Positions 30,208-42,300 of a stretch of 64,000 bases of DNA are shown here, one piece after another. Position numbers and translations under genes: made by a program. Positions within the stretch are counted from its first letter, which is position 1; every line of letters starts with the position of its first letter. Source of the stretch: an uncultured Planctomycetaceae bacterium (GTDB lineage Bacteria > Planctomycetota > Planctomycetia > Planctomycetales > Planctomycetaceae); the NCBI GenBank assembly GCA_963813715.1, contig CAWFAK010000010.1:1-64000 (forward strand), given 5' to 3'. The notes under the pieces are model-generated. The model saw only the letters and a program-made list of their open reading frames with translations. It ran no database searches and was not told the DNA's origin.

Positions 30208-31794
30208 TCAGGCGCGGCCTTTGCGCAGCAGCACCTTCATGCCAAATGTTTCCTCGAACAGCGAACCCTTTTGCATGAGGGCTAGCTGCTCCAGCGACAG
30301 GTCGTCGACTTTGGGAACGGTGATCACCAGGCGCCCGGCTTCGCGCTTGCAGCGAATTTCACTGATCCGTTGACTGTGCGACCGCTCGAGCGCGTCGGCC
30401 ACCCGGAGGATCGCCGCCAGCTTCGAGACGATGACGCGACTTTCGCGATCCAGCAGCGCGTAGCCGGGATGCGTCGGCTTGGGCGACGCCCGGCGGTGAT
30501 AGCGGGCCACGAGTCCCACGAGCCGCACGTCCTTCCGGCTCAGCCCGAAAATCTCGCTGTTGTTGATGATGTAGAGAGAATGCTTGTGATGGCTGGCGCT
30601 GGCGATGAACAGCCCAATCTCGTGCAAGATCGCGGCAATATACAAGATGACCCCAAATTTCGGATCGAGATGGTGATCGTCCTGCAAGGCCCGAAAAAGC
30701 TGCCGGCAGAGATTTGCCACCTGCATCGAGTGAGGCTCGTCGAAATCGAAGCGACGCCCCAGCTCGACAGCCGAGCGGGTGATTTGGTTGACGAACGCCT
30801 CGTTCCACTGGCCGCGGTGGGCCATTTCCTGCAGCAAGCCATCGCGCAGATTCACGTTGCTGATGTAAACATGATCCAGACGGGCCGAGCGCGCCAACAT
30901 GAGGTACGCCAGGAGCGCCGGGCCGAGTGTTTCCGCCTCGGGGTAGGGCAGGTGGTGCGTCTTTACTAGCTTGTCGACCGACAAGCTCAGGATCTTGTCG
31001 GTGAAGCCTTCCAACAACGAGAGCCGCAGTTTGCCCAGCCGATCGGCGTTCCATTTCGAGAGCAGTTGCGAGGCGGCATAGCGCATGTCGCCGCCCAAGG
31101 CGATCAGGGCACGCGGCATTTCATCGGGAAGCTGGGCGACCACTTCGTCGACTGTTCGCTGGATCTGGTTCTGCATGATCGATCGCAGCTTGCCGGCCGG
31201 AGCACCGAACGATTCAAGTGTCTGCCGCAAACGGAGCGAACCCAGGCGATAGGTGTGCGAGAAGATGACATCGCCGTTGCGGACGACGAGCACTTCGGTG
31301 CTGCCGCCCCCAACCTCGACCACGACCGTGTGTGCCTCAGCCAACGACCGCTCGGCATCGAGAAATGGAGCCACACCCAAGTACGTGATCCGGTTGACCT
31401 CGGCCTCGTCGATCGGCTCGACCTGAATACCGGTGGCGATATAAACGCGGTCGATGAAGGCGAGCCGATTGAGTGCCTCGCGCACGGCGCTCGTCGCGAC
31501 GACCCGGATCTGGTCCTCGCGCGAGATCTGATACTCCCGCAGCCGTTGGCGGTAGCTCTTAAGAATCTCGACGCACTTCTCAATCGTCGCCTTTTCGATC
31601 GAACCCTTCGTGAACGTGTCTTTGCCGAGATCGACGGCCTGCGACAGCGTTTCCAGCGTGCGGACGCCGCCGGCCGAGTCGATTTCGGCGATCGCCATGC
31701 GGATCGAGCTCGTGCCGATGTCGATTACCGCGGCCGGTCGCACGACGCGGATCGGTTCGGTCAGGCTCGTATTTTCGCGAGGCAGCGTACTCAT
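30208..31794 (-). CDS. ppx: Ppx/GppA exopolyphosphatase with HD-like C-terminal domain
   Basis: AVIDIGTSSIR; VATSAVREA; EVGGGSTE; AAILHEIG; adjacent to ppk1. Confidence 0.92.
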   Translation of the reverse strand: MSTLPRENTSLTEPIRVVRPAAVIDIGTSSIRMAIAEIDSAGGVRTLETLSQAVDLGKDTFTKGSIEKATIEKCVEILKSYRQRLREYQISREDQIRVVATSAVREALNRLAFIDRVYIATGIQVEPIDEAEVNRITYLGVAPFLDAERSLAEAHTVVVEVGGGSTEVLVVRNGDVIFSHTYRLGSLRLRQTLESFGAPAGKLRSIMQNQIQRTVDEVVAQLPDEMPRALIALGGDMRYAASQLLSKWNADRLGKLRLSLLEGFTDKILSLSVDKLVKTHHLPYPEAETLGPALLAYLMLARSARLDHVYISNVNLRDGLLQEMAHRGQWNEAFVNQITRSAVELGRRFDFDEPHSMQVANLCRQLFRALQDDHHLDPKFGVILYIAAILHEIGLFIASASHHKHSLYIINNSEIFGLSRKDVRLVGLVARYHRRASPKPTHPGYALLDRESRVIVSKLAAILRVADALERSHSQRISEIRCKREAGRLVITVPKVDDLSLEQLALMQKGSLFEETFGMKVLLRKGRA

Positions 31795-31912
31795 AACCTA
31801 AGCGGCAGACTCTCGGTTGATCGACGACTTAGTGATTCGATGCGGTGCTTCGGTTCAACGATTCAATTCTAGTTCACGGGGGCCGGACTTCAGATTTCGC
31901 AACAAGTCACTC

Positions 31913-32935
31913 CTAGGCCTTGGCCAGTTCCGGCTCGGCCCCGACTTCGCGGACCCAAGCGGCGGCCCCCATCGCGGTCGAGTTGTCGCCCAGCTCGGCG
32001 GGGACGACGACTAACGAATCGGCAAACGCCGGCAACAGCTTCTTGCGGGCCGCAGCGGTGATTTCGTTGACGATCAGGCGGGGCATCGCTTCGACCAGCC
32101 CGCCCCCCAGCACCACGCAATCCGGGGCGAGCAAGTGGACGACCGAGGCGACGGCCGTGCCAATGTGCCCGGCCGCCGTGCGGACGATGGTTTCGATGAC
32201 CGTATCGCCGGCGGCAATCGCGTCGGCGAGCGCGCCACTCCGGATATTGTCGAGGTCGGTTCCGGCGATCTCCAGCAGGTGTGGCGCCTGCCCGCGATAG
32301 GCGGCTTGGGCGGCAGCGCTGGCAATCGCCAGGCGGCTCGCGACCGATTCCAGGCAACCGTGCAACCCGCAGCCGCACAACGGACCGTCAGGCATCACCT
32401 GGATGTGGCCGATCTCCATGCACGAGTTGGTCCGGCCGCGGAGGATCTTGCCGTCGTAGACGCAGCCACCGCCAATCCCCGTGCCCGGAAAGACGCCGAC
32501 CAAGCAGCGCGACGACTTGCCGGCGCCGAAGCGATATTCGCCGTACACGCCGGCGTCTACATCGTTGAGAATCACGGCCGGGCAAGAAAACTCTTTTTCG
32601 AGCGCCGCCTTGATCTTGACGTCTTTCCAGCCGAGGTTGGGAGCGTCGAGAATCACGCCTTCGTCGAGATCGAGCGGGCCCGCGCTCCCCAGGCCGATGC
32701 CGCGAACGGCCGAGCGATCGAGATTGGCTTCGGCCAGCGCGTCGTCAATCGTTTGCATGATGCGAGCCAGGCCGGCCTCGGCCCCTTCGTGCCCCTTCGT
32801 CTTCCGCCGCTTGCGGACGATGGAGCGGAACGAGGCGTCGTAGACCAGGGCCATCATCTTCGTGCCGCCCAGGTCGAAGCCGATCCAGCATTCGTTTTTT
32901 TGCGGTGCGTTCATGCTACCGTTTTTGCCTGCCAT
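31913..32935 (-). CDS. ROK-family sugar kinase
   Basis: GFDLGGTK; NDVDAG..GE; GTGIGGG; EIGH..CGCGLHGCLE. Confidence 0.92.
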   Translation of the reverse strand: MAGKNGSMNAPQKNECWIGFDLGGTKMMALVYDASFRSIVRKRRKTKGHEGAEAGLARIMQTIDDALAEANLDRSAVRGIGLGSAGPLDLDEGVILDAPNLGWKDVKIKAALEKEFSCPAVILNDVDAGVYGEYRFGAGKSSRCLVGVFPGTGIGGGCVYDGKILRGRTNSCMEIGHIQVMPDGPLCGCGLHGCLESVASRLAIASAAAQAAYRGQAPHLLEIAGTDLDNIRSGALADAIAAGDTVIETIVRTAAGHIGTAVASVVHLLAPDCVVLGGGLVEAMPRLIVNEITAAARKKLLPAFADSLVVVPAELGDNSTAMGAAAWVREVGAEPELAKA

Positions 32936-33138
32936 CCCTGCTCCCTCCCTGGGATTGGATTCTGCGCCGCCACTCCGTCGACGGACCGCACGGGCCTGTG
33001 CGGGCTTACCGTCGCCTTGAGGTTCCAACTGCCTCGAGATACGACCGAAGCTTTCACGAGATCATACCGGGGGCGCGGCCCAGACGACAGCAGCGGGGGG
33101 CCTCCGAGCAGGGGTCGGCGGCTGGTAGCGATGGTCCG

Positions 33139-33651
33139 TCACAATTGAGGGGCGGGGGCCATCTCGGGCAGCGAAATGATGCGGGCCCCGAGCGGACTTG
33201 TTTCCAGAAGGGCAATCGTGGGCTTGCGATAGGTCCAGCCGCTGGTTTCCCCCGGATTCACATAGAGGACCCCGCCGGCGTCGGTCCGTACTGCCGGCTT
33301 GTGCGTGTGGGCCGAGACAACCACCTGGGCATCGCCCAGCACTCCACGGAGCTGGTCCGGGGTATGGGCGACCAGAATCCGCACGTGGTCGGCCGTCGTG
33401 AAGCCGAACGGCGGATAGGCAACCGGGCCGACGATCCGCATCCCTCCCTGCAGTCCGATCTGGTTGCCGTCATTATCGCCGAAGCAGGCCAGCACCGGGC
33501 ACTTCAGTTTTCGCAGCGGCGGCACCACGATCGGCGAAACGAAATCGCCGGCAAAAATCACGAGTTCGCACTCGAGCCGATTGAACTCCGCCACGGCGCG
33601 GCACACATTGTCGACGTGGTCGTGAGCATCGGCAAACAGCCCGATCCGCAT
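33139..33651 (-). CDS. YfcE/MJ0936-family metallophosphoesterase
   Basis: DAHDH; AGD; GDND; HTH; NPGE. Confidence 0.88.
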   Translation of the reverse strand: MRIGLFADAHDHVDNVCRAVAEFNRLECELVIFAGDFVSPIVVPPLRKLKCPVLACFGDNDGNQIGLQGGMRIVGPVAYPPFGFTTADHVRILVAHTPDQLRGVLGDAQVVVSAHTHKPAVRTDAGGVLYVNPGETSGWTYRKPTIALLETSPLGARIISLPEMAPAPQL

Positions 33652-33968
33652 AACTGACTCTTCCGCCTCTGCTGTCAAAAGGATCGCGCTGGTCGTGGAA
33701 CTTTTAACGCGCGAAGTAAGTCGAATATATGCCACGGATTATATCGCCTCTGGCCGCCGGCTTCGTTGGAGCCGATAATTGCAACTGTCGACTGGCAGAT
33801 GGGACACGACAAGTCGGAGGCGGAAAACTGAACGCCACGCGGCCGGCCCTCTCGACAAACAGGACCTCATATTGACAGCCGCTCCAATCTGCCAGTAGAA
33901 GCCGGGAGCGGGGGTCGTAAATCCCTTGCAGTGACTGGTCCTTCAGCCATCTGACCTGGCCTGAACGG

Positions 33969-35588
33969 ATGACCGAACACAACGCCACGCAGCCGACCGA
34001 TCCGGTGCCGCCCGCCCCGAGTAACTCCGCGGCAGTTGCACTCGGAATTCACGGTCGATTCGGCACGTTCGCCCGTCGCGGCTTGAATGCATTGGTCTTC
34101 GCGGTGTTGGCGCTCCTTTTTGTCGGCGGCCATCACGTCGGCTGGAAGCTGCCCAAGGCATCCGGCCTGTTTCATCCCGAGGCTGCCGCAACGGACGACT
34201 GGTGCTCCGAGCATTTTGTCCCCGAGTCGCAGTGCGTCGAGTGCAACGAAGATCTCTGTCCGCGGCAAAAGGATTTCGGCTACTGCGATAAGCACGGCGT
34301 CGAACAGTGCGTTATCGATCACCCAGAGCTGGCACAGCTCAGCGGAGCGTTGCGGCTGCCGCAGTACGACACCGTGCAAGCCCTCGGCTTGCTCGCGCGT
34401 CCGGAAAATCAGCGCGACGATGGTCCACACGCCCGCCGCGTGCAGGTGGCGTCGCTCGATGCGGCCACCAAGGCGGGAATCGCCGTGGCCACCGTCGGGG
34501 AACGCCGGATGAGTGATATTGTCTCGGCCAACGGCGAAGTCGTTTTCGATCCGACGCGGGTCGCACACTTGTCGCCGCGCGTCCCGGGCATGGTCTCGGC
34601 CGTCTTCAAGGCAACCAACGACACCGTCGAGCCGGGCGAAATACTGGCGCTGGTCGATGCGGCCCAAGTTGGACAACTCAAGGCCCAGCTACTCAACTCG
34701 CTCGTGAAATTGCAGCTGCGGCGAACGACCTACGCACGGTTCAAGGATCACGCAGGTGCCCTGCCCGCGATGACCCTCACCGAGGCCGAATCCGCCTTGC
34801 AAGAGGCCGAAGTGGCCTTCGTGTCGTCCCGGCAGGCGCTCGTAAACTTAGGCTTTGAGCTGCCGGAAAAAATCGAATCGCGGCGGGCGGCCGAGCTGGC
34901 GGAACAAATTCGCTTTCTGGGAATTCCCGCTTCCTACGTCGCACGGCTGCCCGCCGGCACGAAGACGGCCAATCTCATTCCGCTACGTACGCCTTACGCG
35001 GGAGTGATCGTCTCTTCCGACGTGGTGGCAGGCGAAGTCGTCGATTCGACCAAGCTCCTCTTCACGGTGGCCGACCCGCGGGCGATGTGGCTGCAGTTGA
35101 GCGTCCGCGAGGAGGACGCCCACGCCGTCGCACCGGGACTGCCGGTCGAATTTCGCACTGACGACGGCACGCAACTCGTGCGGGGCATCGTCAGCCGCAT
35201 GAGCCCCGGCATCGACGAGCGGACCCGGGCCCTCAAAGTCTTCGCGTCGCTTTCCGACTCCGAGACGAATCTACGGGATAAAACGTTCGGCACGGCCCGC
35301 ATTATTCTGCGAGTCGAGCCGCACGCGATTGTCGTCCCGCAGGAAGCCGTGCAGTCGGGCCCGGGCGGACACTTTGTTTTCGTCCGCGACAAAAATTTCC
35401 TCGCGGACGGGACGCCGAAGATCTTCTACGCCCGGCAAGTGCGAACAGGAGCCCGCGACGACAAGTTCGTCGAGCTGTTGGCGGGAGCCCTGCCGGGCGA
35501 AGTGGTCGCCACTCAGGGGAGCCCGGTGCTCCTGGCCCAACTGCTGCGCAGCAATCTGGGCGAAGGCTGCGGCTGCCACAAGCACTAA
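33969..35588 (+). CDS. CzcB-like RND periplasmic adaptor with Cys/His-rich segments
   Basis: WCSEHFVPESQCVEC; YCDKHGVEQC; MFP core; C-terminal GCGCHKH. Confidence 0.85.
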   Translation: MTEHNATQPTDPVPPAPSNSAAVALGIHGRFGTFARRGLNALVFAVLALLFVGGHHVGWKLPKASGLFHPEAAATDDWCSEHFVPESQCVECNEDLCPRQKDFGYCDKHGVEQCVIDHPELAQLSGALRLPQYDTVQALGLLARPENQRDDGPHARRVQVASLDAATKAGIAVATVGERRMSDIVSANGEVVFDPTRVAHLSPRVPGMVSAVFKATNDTVEPGEILALVDAAQVGQLKAQLLNSLVKLQLRRTTYARFKDHAGALPAMTLTEAESALQEAEVAFVSSRQALVNLGFELPEKIESRRAAELAEQIRFLGIPASYVARLPAGTKTANLIPLRTPYAGVIVSSDVVAGEVVDSTKLLFTVADPRAMWLQLSVREEDAHAVAPGLPVEFRTDDGTQLVRGIVSRMSPGIDERTRALKVFASLSDSETNLRDKTFGTARIILRVEPHAIVVPQEAVQSGPGGHFVFVRDKNFLADGTPKIFYARQVRTGARDDKFVELLAGALPGEVVATQGSPVLLAQLLRSNLGEGCGCHKH

Positions 35589-35660
35589 GCGAGCCGCCGT
35601 TTCTCCAGCAAGTCGCGCGCAGCCCGCGGTCATCCTCTGCCCCAGGACAGCCTGTGCCCA

Positions 35661-36383
35661 TCAGCCGCGGTCCGGCCCGTCGAGCGACGCTCCCTGCAAC
35701 GGCCGCGCGTACGGCGGGTGCCCGTATTGGGCTCGCGCCGGCGCTTCGAGAATGTTGGCCTGCACCAGGGACACGTAAGTGAGCACCATCAATAGCGAAT
35801 AGGTAATGAGATTGGGGATCGCGCTCTTGCCGACAAACTTCACCGCGCTCCCGGCAAATTTGTTTAATCGCACGTGCACTCCGCTCCATTCGACCGAATA
35901 GATTTCGTCCAGCACCAGATGCGAGAGAAAACCGAGGCAAACTCCGCCGGACATCAACAGCCGGGTGCCGAGCATGCTTGACGTGAAGGCGAGAAAGGCG
36001 ATTTCGCCCGCGATGATCATGGCGGGAATGCTGTGGAACATTCCCCGATGAACCGAAACTCGGTTTAGCAAGCCAGCCCCGCCATAGCGAATCACGACAT
36101 AGACGATGACCGACAGCAGCGTGGCCGTTTCGTGGTTGCCGTGGCTCCATTCGAGCAGATGGGGCATCATCGCAAACGGCGCGAACGCGGCGAGCAGACT
36201 GAACACTTCACGGACCGGGCGGCCGCTGTCGGAGTCGAGGTCCGGCAGCATTCCCGAAAACCAAGTCAGCGTGCCGGCAAGCGCCGCCTGCACGGGACTG
36301 AAACCGCCCAGAACATATCCCGCCGCGCCATATCCGAAACCCAGCGCACCGCTGACGGTGATGTGTGTCTTGTACCCGGCCAT
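35661..36383 (-). CDS. Membrane metal-dependent hydrolase (YdjM/DUF2227-like)
   Basis: KTH; LPDLDS; HRGMFHS; SHLVLD. Confidence 0.85.
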   Translation of the reverse strand: MAGYKTHITVSGALGFGYGAAGYVLGGFSPVQAALAGTLTWFSGMLPDLDSDSGRPVREVFSLLAAFAPFAMMPHLLEWSHGNHETATLLSVIVYVVIRYGGAGLLNRVSVHRGMFHSIPAMIIAGEIAFLAFTSSMLGTRLLMSGGVCLGFLSHLVLDEIYSVEWSGVHVRLNKFAGSAVKFVGKSAIPNLITYSLLMVLTYVSLVQANILEAPARAQYGHPPYARPLQGASLDGPDRG

Positions 36384-36532
36384 GGATTCTTCCTTGAATC
36401 GGTGACCATTCCGCGCTCGACACGGTGAACGTGCCGGCGGGAAAGCCGGGAATTACTAGCATATTCTCCGGAATCTGGACATTCCGGCTTCTCGTGTCAC
36501 AGGCCGCCCGGCAGCAAGTTTTCCGGCCCCGC

Positions 36533-37729
36533 CTAGGACCTGCCAAATAGATCCAGCGGCGGAAATCGCCCGCTGAGCGCCGGCGCTGCCGGGAGCCGTA
36601 ACCAGCTTTCCAGCACGGCCTGATAGACCTGCCGAAAATCGAGCGTGGCCACCAGGTCGACGCCTTTCAACTTCGACAGGCTGGGAGCCGTTCCATGCAG
36701 CCCCGCCTTGACCTTCGGACCGGCCAGCAGGACAGGAGCGGCCGTGCCGTGATCGGTCCCCTCCGAGGCGTTTTCGTCAGCCCGTCGGCCGAATTCGCTG
36801 AACGTCATCACCACCACGCGATCGTCCAGCTTCGCCTGCTTCAGTTCGTTCAGGAAGAAGCGGAGCCCGTCCGACAGTTCGCGCAAGAGTCGCTCGTGCG
36901 TCTCCCGCTGATAGACGTGCGTGTCGTAACCCGTCTGCACGGCGTAGTAGACCCTCGCTCCGAAATCGCTCTGGATCAAGCGCGAGATCGAGCGCCAAAC
37001 GCTTGGGCAGTTCGCCGTAAGGCAAAGTGGCGGAGTCGGGCCGCGGCTTGGCGGCCTGTTGCAGCCGGTCGGCCGTGGCGACGGCGTCGACCTCGCTTCG
37101 CCGCACGAAAGCCAGGAGCGATTCCTCCGCTGCGCCGGAGACTGCCGGTTTCGATTTGTCGGCGAGCACCATGTCATCGAGATTCGACAGGGTGGCTGCG
37201 ATGGATTTGCGTCCGCGAAGCGTGACGGGGAGCGCTTCCGGCCCAACGAGCACCGAAGAGGGGCCCGCCGGCCTTGGGTGCGCGGCCTTCGTCGAGGGCC
37301 CTACCGATCCAACCGATACCGTTATGCTCGGTCGGGTCGAAGCGGGCCGTCTCCCAGATCGAACGGCTCACGTCGTGCGACTTGTTCGGATTCGGGTAGC
37401 CAACACCCTGCACGATCGCCAGCCGCCCCTCGTGAAACAGGTCTTGGGCGTCACGCATCACGGGATTGAGTCCCACCGCGTCGTTCAGCCGACGGACGCG
37501 ACTCTTCTCGACCGCCAGCTTGGGACGCAGCCGCTTGTAATTGTCGTCGGCGTAGGGGACGACGGTGTTCAGACCGTCGTTGCCGCCGTCGAGTTGGATC
37601 ACCACGAGGATCCGATCGTCGAGTGACGGTGCCCGCCGCGCGGGCCGTCTGCGCCAGGAAGGCAGGCACCGTCGGAGCCAACGAGATCAACGTGGCCTCT
37701 TTGACAAAATCGCGCCGAGTGAGCCGCAT
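36533..37729 (-). CDS. DUF1501 protein with Tat signal; about three frameshifts
   Basis: MRLTRRDFVK; VIQLDGGNDGLNTVVP; GYDTH; FSEFGRR..GTDHG. Confidence 0.9.
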
Positions 37730-37739
37730 AACGCTCTCC

Positions 37740-39144
37740 TTATCCAATTTGGGCTTCGGGGGAGGACAGCAAAATGGCGGCCGCTTGCCGCGCGCTCTCG
37801 GCCGTGAGCACCGAGCCGGTGCCGACCGACTGCCTGTAGCGATTTCTGCACGGCCGCGGGGGGTTCAATTCCGAGGAGCGAGATGCGACAGGAACCGGAT
37901 CCCCGGCCCCGCCTCACGTCCGCCTACCGTTCGTTCGACCAACTCGAGCACGCGGGCCGTCGCGGCGGGATAGCGGACCGCGCCATTCAGCAAGCGCCGC
38001 GGCGAAGTTGATCCTCGCGACGAGAGCCCGCGAGTTGAGCCAGCTCCGCCCGCCCGGCCAGCCGAACACGTTCGGCGGATAGAATAGGTCCTGTCCCATC
38101 CGCGCGATCCACTCGGCCAGAAAGCAGCGTGCTGGGGGGCGGCTCGAATTGTTCGAGCGCCCGCACTGCGCCGATCGTGAACTCGGGCGGAGTGACGATC
38201 CGCGAGCGAAGATTTGCCGCGGAGAAAAATACCTGCGACCGCAGAATCCGCTCAACGCCCCAGCCAATGTCGAGTTGATGCTCGCGCAGGCCTTTTGCCA
38301 GATCCTGCACGAGCTCCGTCGTGAGCAGTCCCTCACCCAAAAATGTTTCGCAGAGCCGTTTCGCCAGCCGCACCGAAGTCGTCGGCTGCTCCAGCAGGAG
38401 CGCGACGAACTGGTCGCCGTTAAAGCGGGCTTTGCGGCCCAGGATCGTCTTTTCGCCATCGTCGTGGTGCTGCGAAAAGTCGTGAAACCCGTCCGGCTTG
38501 TACGACCAGCCGGTAAGCGCGCGAGCGGCGTCCTTGACGTCGGCCTCGGAGAAATTGCCGACGCCCATCGTGAAGAGCTCCATTGCTTCGCGGGCCAGGT
38601 TTTCGTTCGGATGCTCCTTGCGATTGGCCGGCGCGTCGAGCCAGTCGAGCGTCGCCGGCTCTTTGATCACGTGACGGAGCAGGTCGCCGAAGGGCGCGCG
38701 GGCAAACTGTCGCAAGACTTCGTTCTGCCGCCGCATGGCCGCCAGGTCGTTGACCTTGAGGTTGCTGGTGGCGAAGTGGTTGTGCCACAAGAGCGTGAGC
38801 CGCTCGCCCAAAGCGTCGGGCGAGAAGAGCATGCGAAATACCCACCAGGCCTTGAGCCGATCTGCCGACGCCGTCGACGCGGCCGCGTCGGCCAGCGCCG
38901 CGGAAACCGCCTCGAAGTCTTTCACGATGCCGTCGATCCGCGACTTGCCCTGCAGGACACGGGTGACGCTGGCCTCCGGCCCGTCGCGCAAGTCGCGCTC
39001 GATCTCGGCCCACGTTGCGGCAAACCCCGCGCGGCGATGCAGGTGCACGACGCGGGCGAGATCCCAGGGCACCCCAGTATCGGAAGCGTACGCGACCCAG
39101 GGATCCGGAACGTGATTCGGCTTTATCGCTGGTGCAGAGAACAT
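37740..39144 (-). CDS. DUF1800 protein; frameshifts in the 3' third
   Basis: HLHRRAGF; LWHNHFATS; PNENLAREAMELFTMG; PPNVFGWPGG; ends LSSPEAQIG. Confidence 0.9.
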
Positions 39145-39322
39145 ATTCGTCCGGGCGATTGCTCACGCCGTTCAAAAATTGACTTCGACCCAATATGAAC
39201 CGTGTGTCCAGGCTCGACTTCCGATCAATCGATCGCCTTTCGGTGCGGCTCTGCTACTCGATCGACCCCGCTTCAGTTTGAAGTCCCCCACGTCGATCTC
39301 GAACGGGCTGTTCGTTCGCAAC

Positions 39323-42300
39323 TTACCGTGACGGTTTGACGCGTAAGACCCCCAGTTGTTTGACCTCGCCCGGCCCGGCAGTGACGTCCGTAAAGATCTG
39401 TCCGAAGATTGACCTGCTCATCTTTCCGAACCCTTCCTGAGGAATTCGCACATCGGCGGAGTACTTCAACCCGGGAATGATGCCGGGAAGCTCGAAGCGG
39501 CCATCCTGGTCGGTCAGGACGTGCCGTCCGTTGAACTCCGTCAGGATCACACCCTGCTCTCGATCATGCGCAGCTTCGCCAGCGGGCGGAGGGTACCGCC
39601 TCCCGCGGCGACTGATGACGGCATTTTTGAGAGGCTGCCCGTCGTCGTCGATGAGCTGCCCGACAATTCTCGCCCCCGGATGAAGGGTGATTTCCAGTTT
39701 TTCCGGAGGTTCGCCGGACAGCCGATAAACGCCCACGAGGTTCCTCGCCGGATGATAAAACATCAGCGTGCGAGTTTCCGTGGGGAAGTAACCCGCGAGC
39801 GTGAAGGTTTCCGCCTCGTGAAACCTCCAGGCGCCATTGGACCGTGAGGCCCCCACTGGTCCGCTCACCGTAGAAAAGAAGTAATAGCCGCTGAGCGGTT
39901 GACTCTCCGGAGTCAAGACGCGGCCGCTCACGCTGACTCCGGACCGCAGGGTCAGCTTGACGGACAGCACGTCGGGCTGCGGCTCGAGATCGATGGGCAC
40001 GGTGAGGTGCGCGTTTGATGTGAAAGTCAAATACGGAGACTGGCGGAACTCATCCGCGGGTGCCGCTCGCAAACCGTCGACATGGTCGGAAAACACGCCG
40101 CAGGGGGTAGTCATCAAAAGGGCCGCCCGTCACCTGGAAAAGCAGCACTCCCTTGCCGGGCAGCACGGGGATCTCGAACCCGCCTTCGTGGTCCGTTCTG
40201 TAGCGACCCCGACTGTACCAATTGATCTGGAGGTGATCCGGGTTCGTCCACGATGCCAGATACTCCAAGTTGCCCATGACCGGCTTGCCTGTCCGCGAGT
40301 CGGTGACCTGGCCACGGACAAGAATTCCCGCCGTGAGCTGCACGTTGGACGTGAGCGGCTGGGAGCCCGCGGTCGTCGTCACATCAAAATCTCGCTGCAG
40401 ATGTCGCGTCCCAAGCGGCGGAACGGCGATGAGCTTGCTTTTGCCCAGCGGCAGGCCCTCGAGACGGTAGCGCCCCTCAGAGTCAGTCAGCGTTTGCAGG
40501 TAGTCGGAGGCCAGACTGGAGGAAGGCCGCAGACCCGCATGCGGGTCCGTCGCAGTGTAACCGGTCTTCACGACGCAATCGGCGAGCGGCCGCCCCGTTT
40601 TGCGGTCGGTGATGCGACCTTCGACTGGAATCGAGGGCCCCAGCAGGCCCGTGAACTCGTTCGGATAGAAAGACTCGGATTGAAGACTGGCGGCAGACGG
40701 CCGGTCGAACGCCAGCTTGATCGGCTCCCCTCGGCGAGACAGGACGTGCAGCAGCCGCATTTCCACGTTCGGTGCGCTCACGAGAATGTCGGCGATTCGC
40801 TCGCGGCCAATCCCCCTGAGCGTGAACCGGCCGTCCGCGCCGGTCCGGACCACGGGCACAATGGCAGAGTTTGCGGTGTCTATTCGGCGTAGGCTCCGGC
40901 CAGCCGTATTCTGGTCGGCGCCGCGCTGCTTCGTGGCTGCGACCCAGGCATCCAGAGTGCCGTCCGTTCCGCTGTGAACGGAGAGCGTCCGCACGATTGC
41001 GTCGGCAATCGGTTGACCTTCGATGTTCACCAGGCGACCACGAACCGGCACATCATCGGGGACCAGTTTGAGGACCGCCGGTTTAGCGGCAGTCTGCGTC
41101 TTGAGCCGACGCCGCTGCTCCTCGGTCAATTCAGCCATCAGTCGGCCGCTCGTCTCGAATTGGCCCGAGGAGTCGAATGCGAAGCCAAGGCCGTCCTTCG
41201 TGGCGACGATCGTCGCATAGCGCCAGGCCGGAATCCCGCTCGGAACGGCGTCGGCGAACTCGCTTTTGCGGCGCGTGAACTGGAACTGTCCGTGTGCGTC
41301 CGTTACGGCCAACGTCGCCGCTTGACGCTCCGGAGGACCCTCTCGCCAGTATTGCAACATCAGCTGCGCACCGGCGACCGGCAGTCCGACGTCATCGAGG
41401 ACTTTTCCCTCATAGGAAAACGCGACATCAGCCACGACCGGCGTCTTAGGCGCGGAGGTCGGGGCTTGCGCGTCGGAAGAACTGACAGCGTCGCTTCCGT
41501 CCCGCTTGATCTTGATCTCGCCCAGATCGATCGTCTTTCCCGGTGCGAAAGAGACTTTCTCGGCGACGGTCACGAAGTCGAGTTTGGGATCCAAGGCGCG
41601 AATCTTGTAGCTGTCGCAGCCCGCCGCCAGGTTTTCAATCGCGAAGTGTCCGTCGGCATCGGTCATGGGACCGGAGGTATACAGACTGAACCATGCGTGG
41701 CCGTACCGCATAGCCTCGGCGAACACCTGCACGTTCTTGAGAGGGCTTCCTTCCTCGTCCAGGAGACGACCGCGCACGGTCGCGCAGGGCTCGAGTTTGA
41801 CTGTCAATGTCTGCGAGGCTTTCTCGTCGTACTCGAAGGTGAAGACCTTGGCGATTTTTCGTTGCCATTGGGTGATCTGGTAGGTCCGTGATTCCTTCGG
41901 AGCCAGGCCCGCGAGCTCAAAGGTGGCATCGCGTCGCCCCCAGGTCACGGCAAGCGCGAGTTCCAACTGGAGAAGGTAGCCATCCTCCACCGGCTTGCCT
42001 GCACCATCGACAAACGCGATCCGTAACTTTCCGCCTGGATCGAGCGCCAGGTCGCACGCCGCCGACTCGGTCCCCGGCGTCGGATTGATCTCCTTGAGCG
42101 CGTTCTCGAAGGATCCGAAGGCAGGTCCCAGCGTTTTTGGGAAACGGCCATTTTTCTCCATCCCGGGAATCTCCGAGGCTCCCACGCCCGTGAGATACAG
42201 CCCGCCCGCTGCTCTCACGCCCACGATGGCGCGCCAGGGCAATCCCACGATGCGATAGGTTCCGTCCGGCGACGTGACCCGATGGGACGCGTCCTTGACG

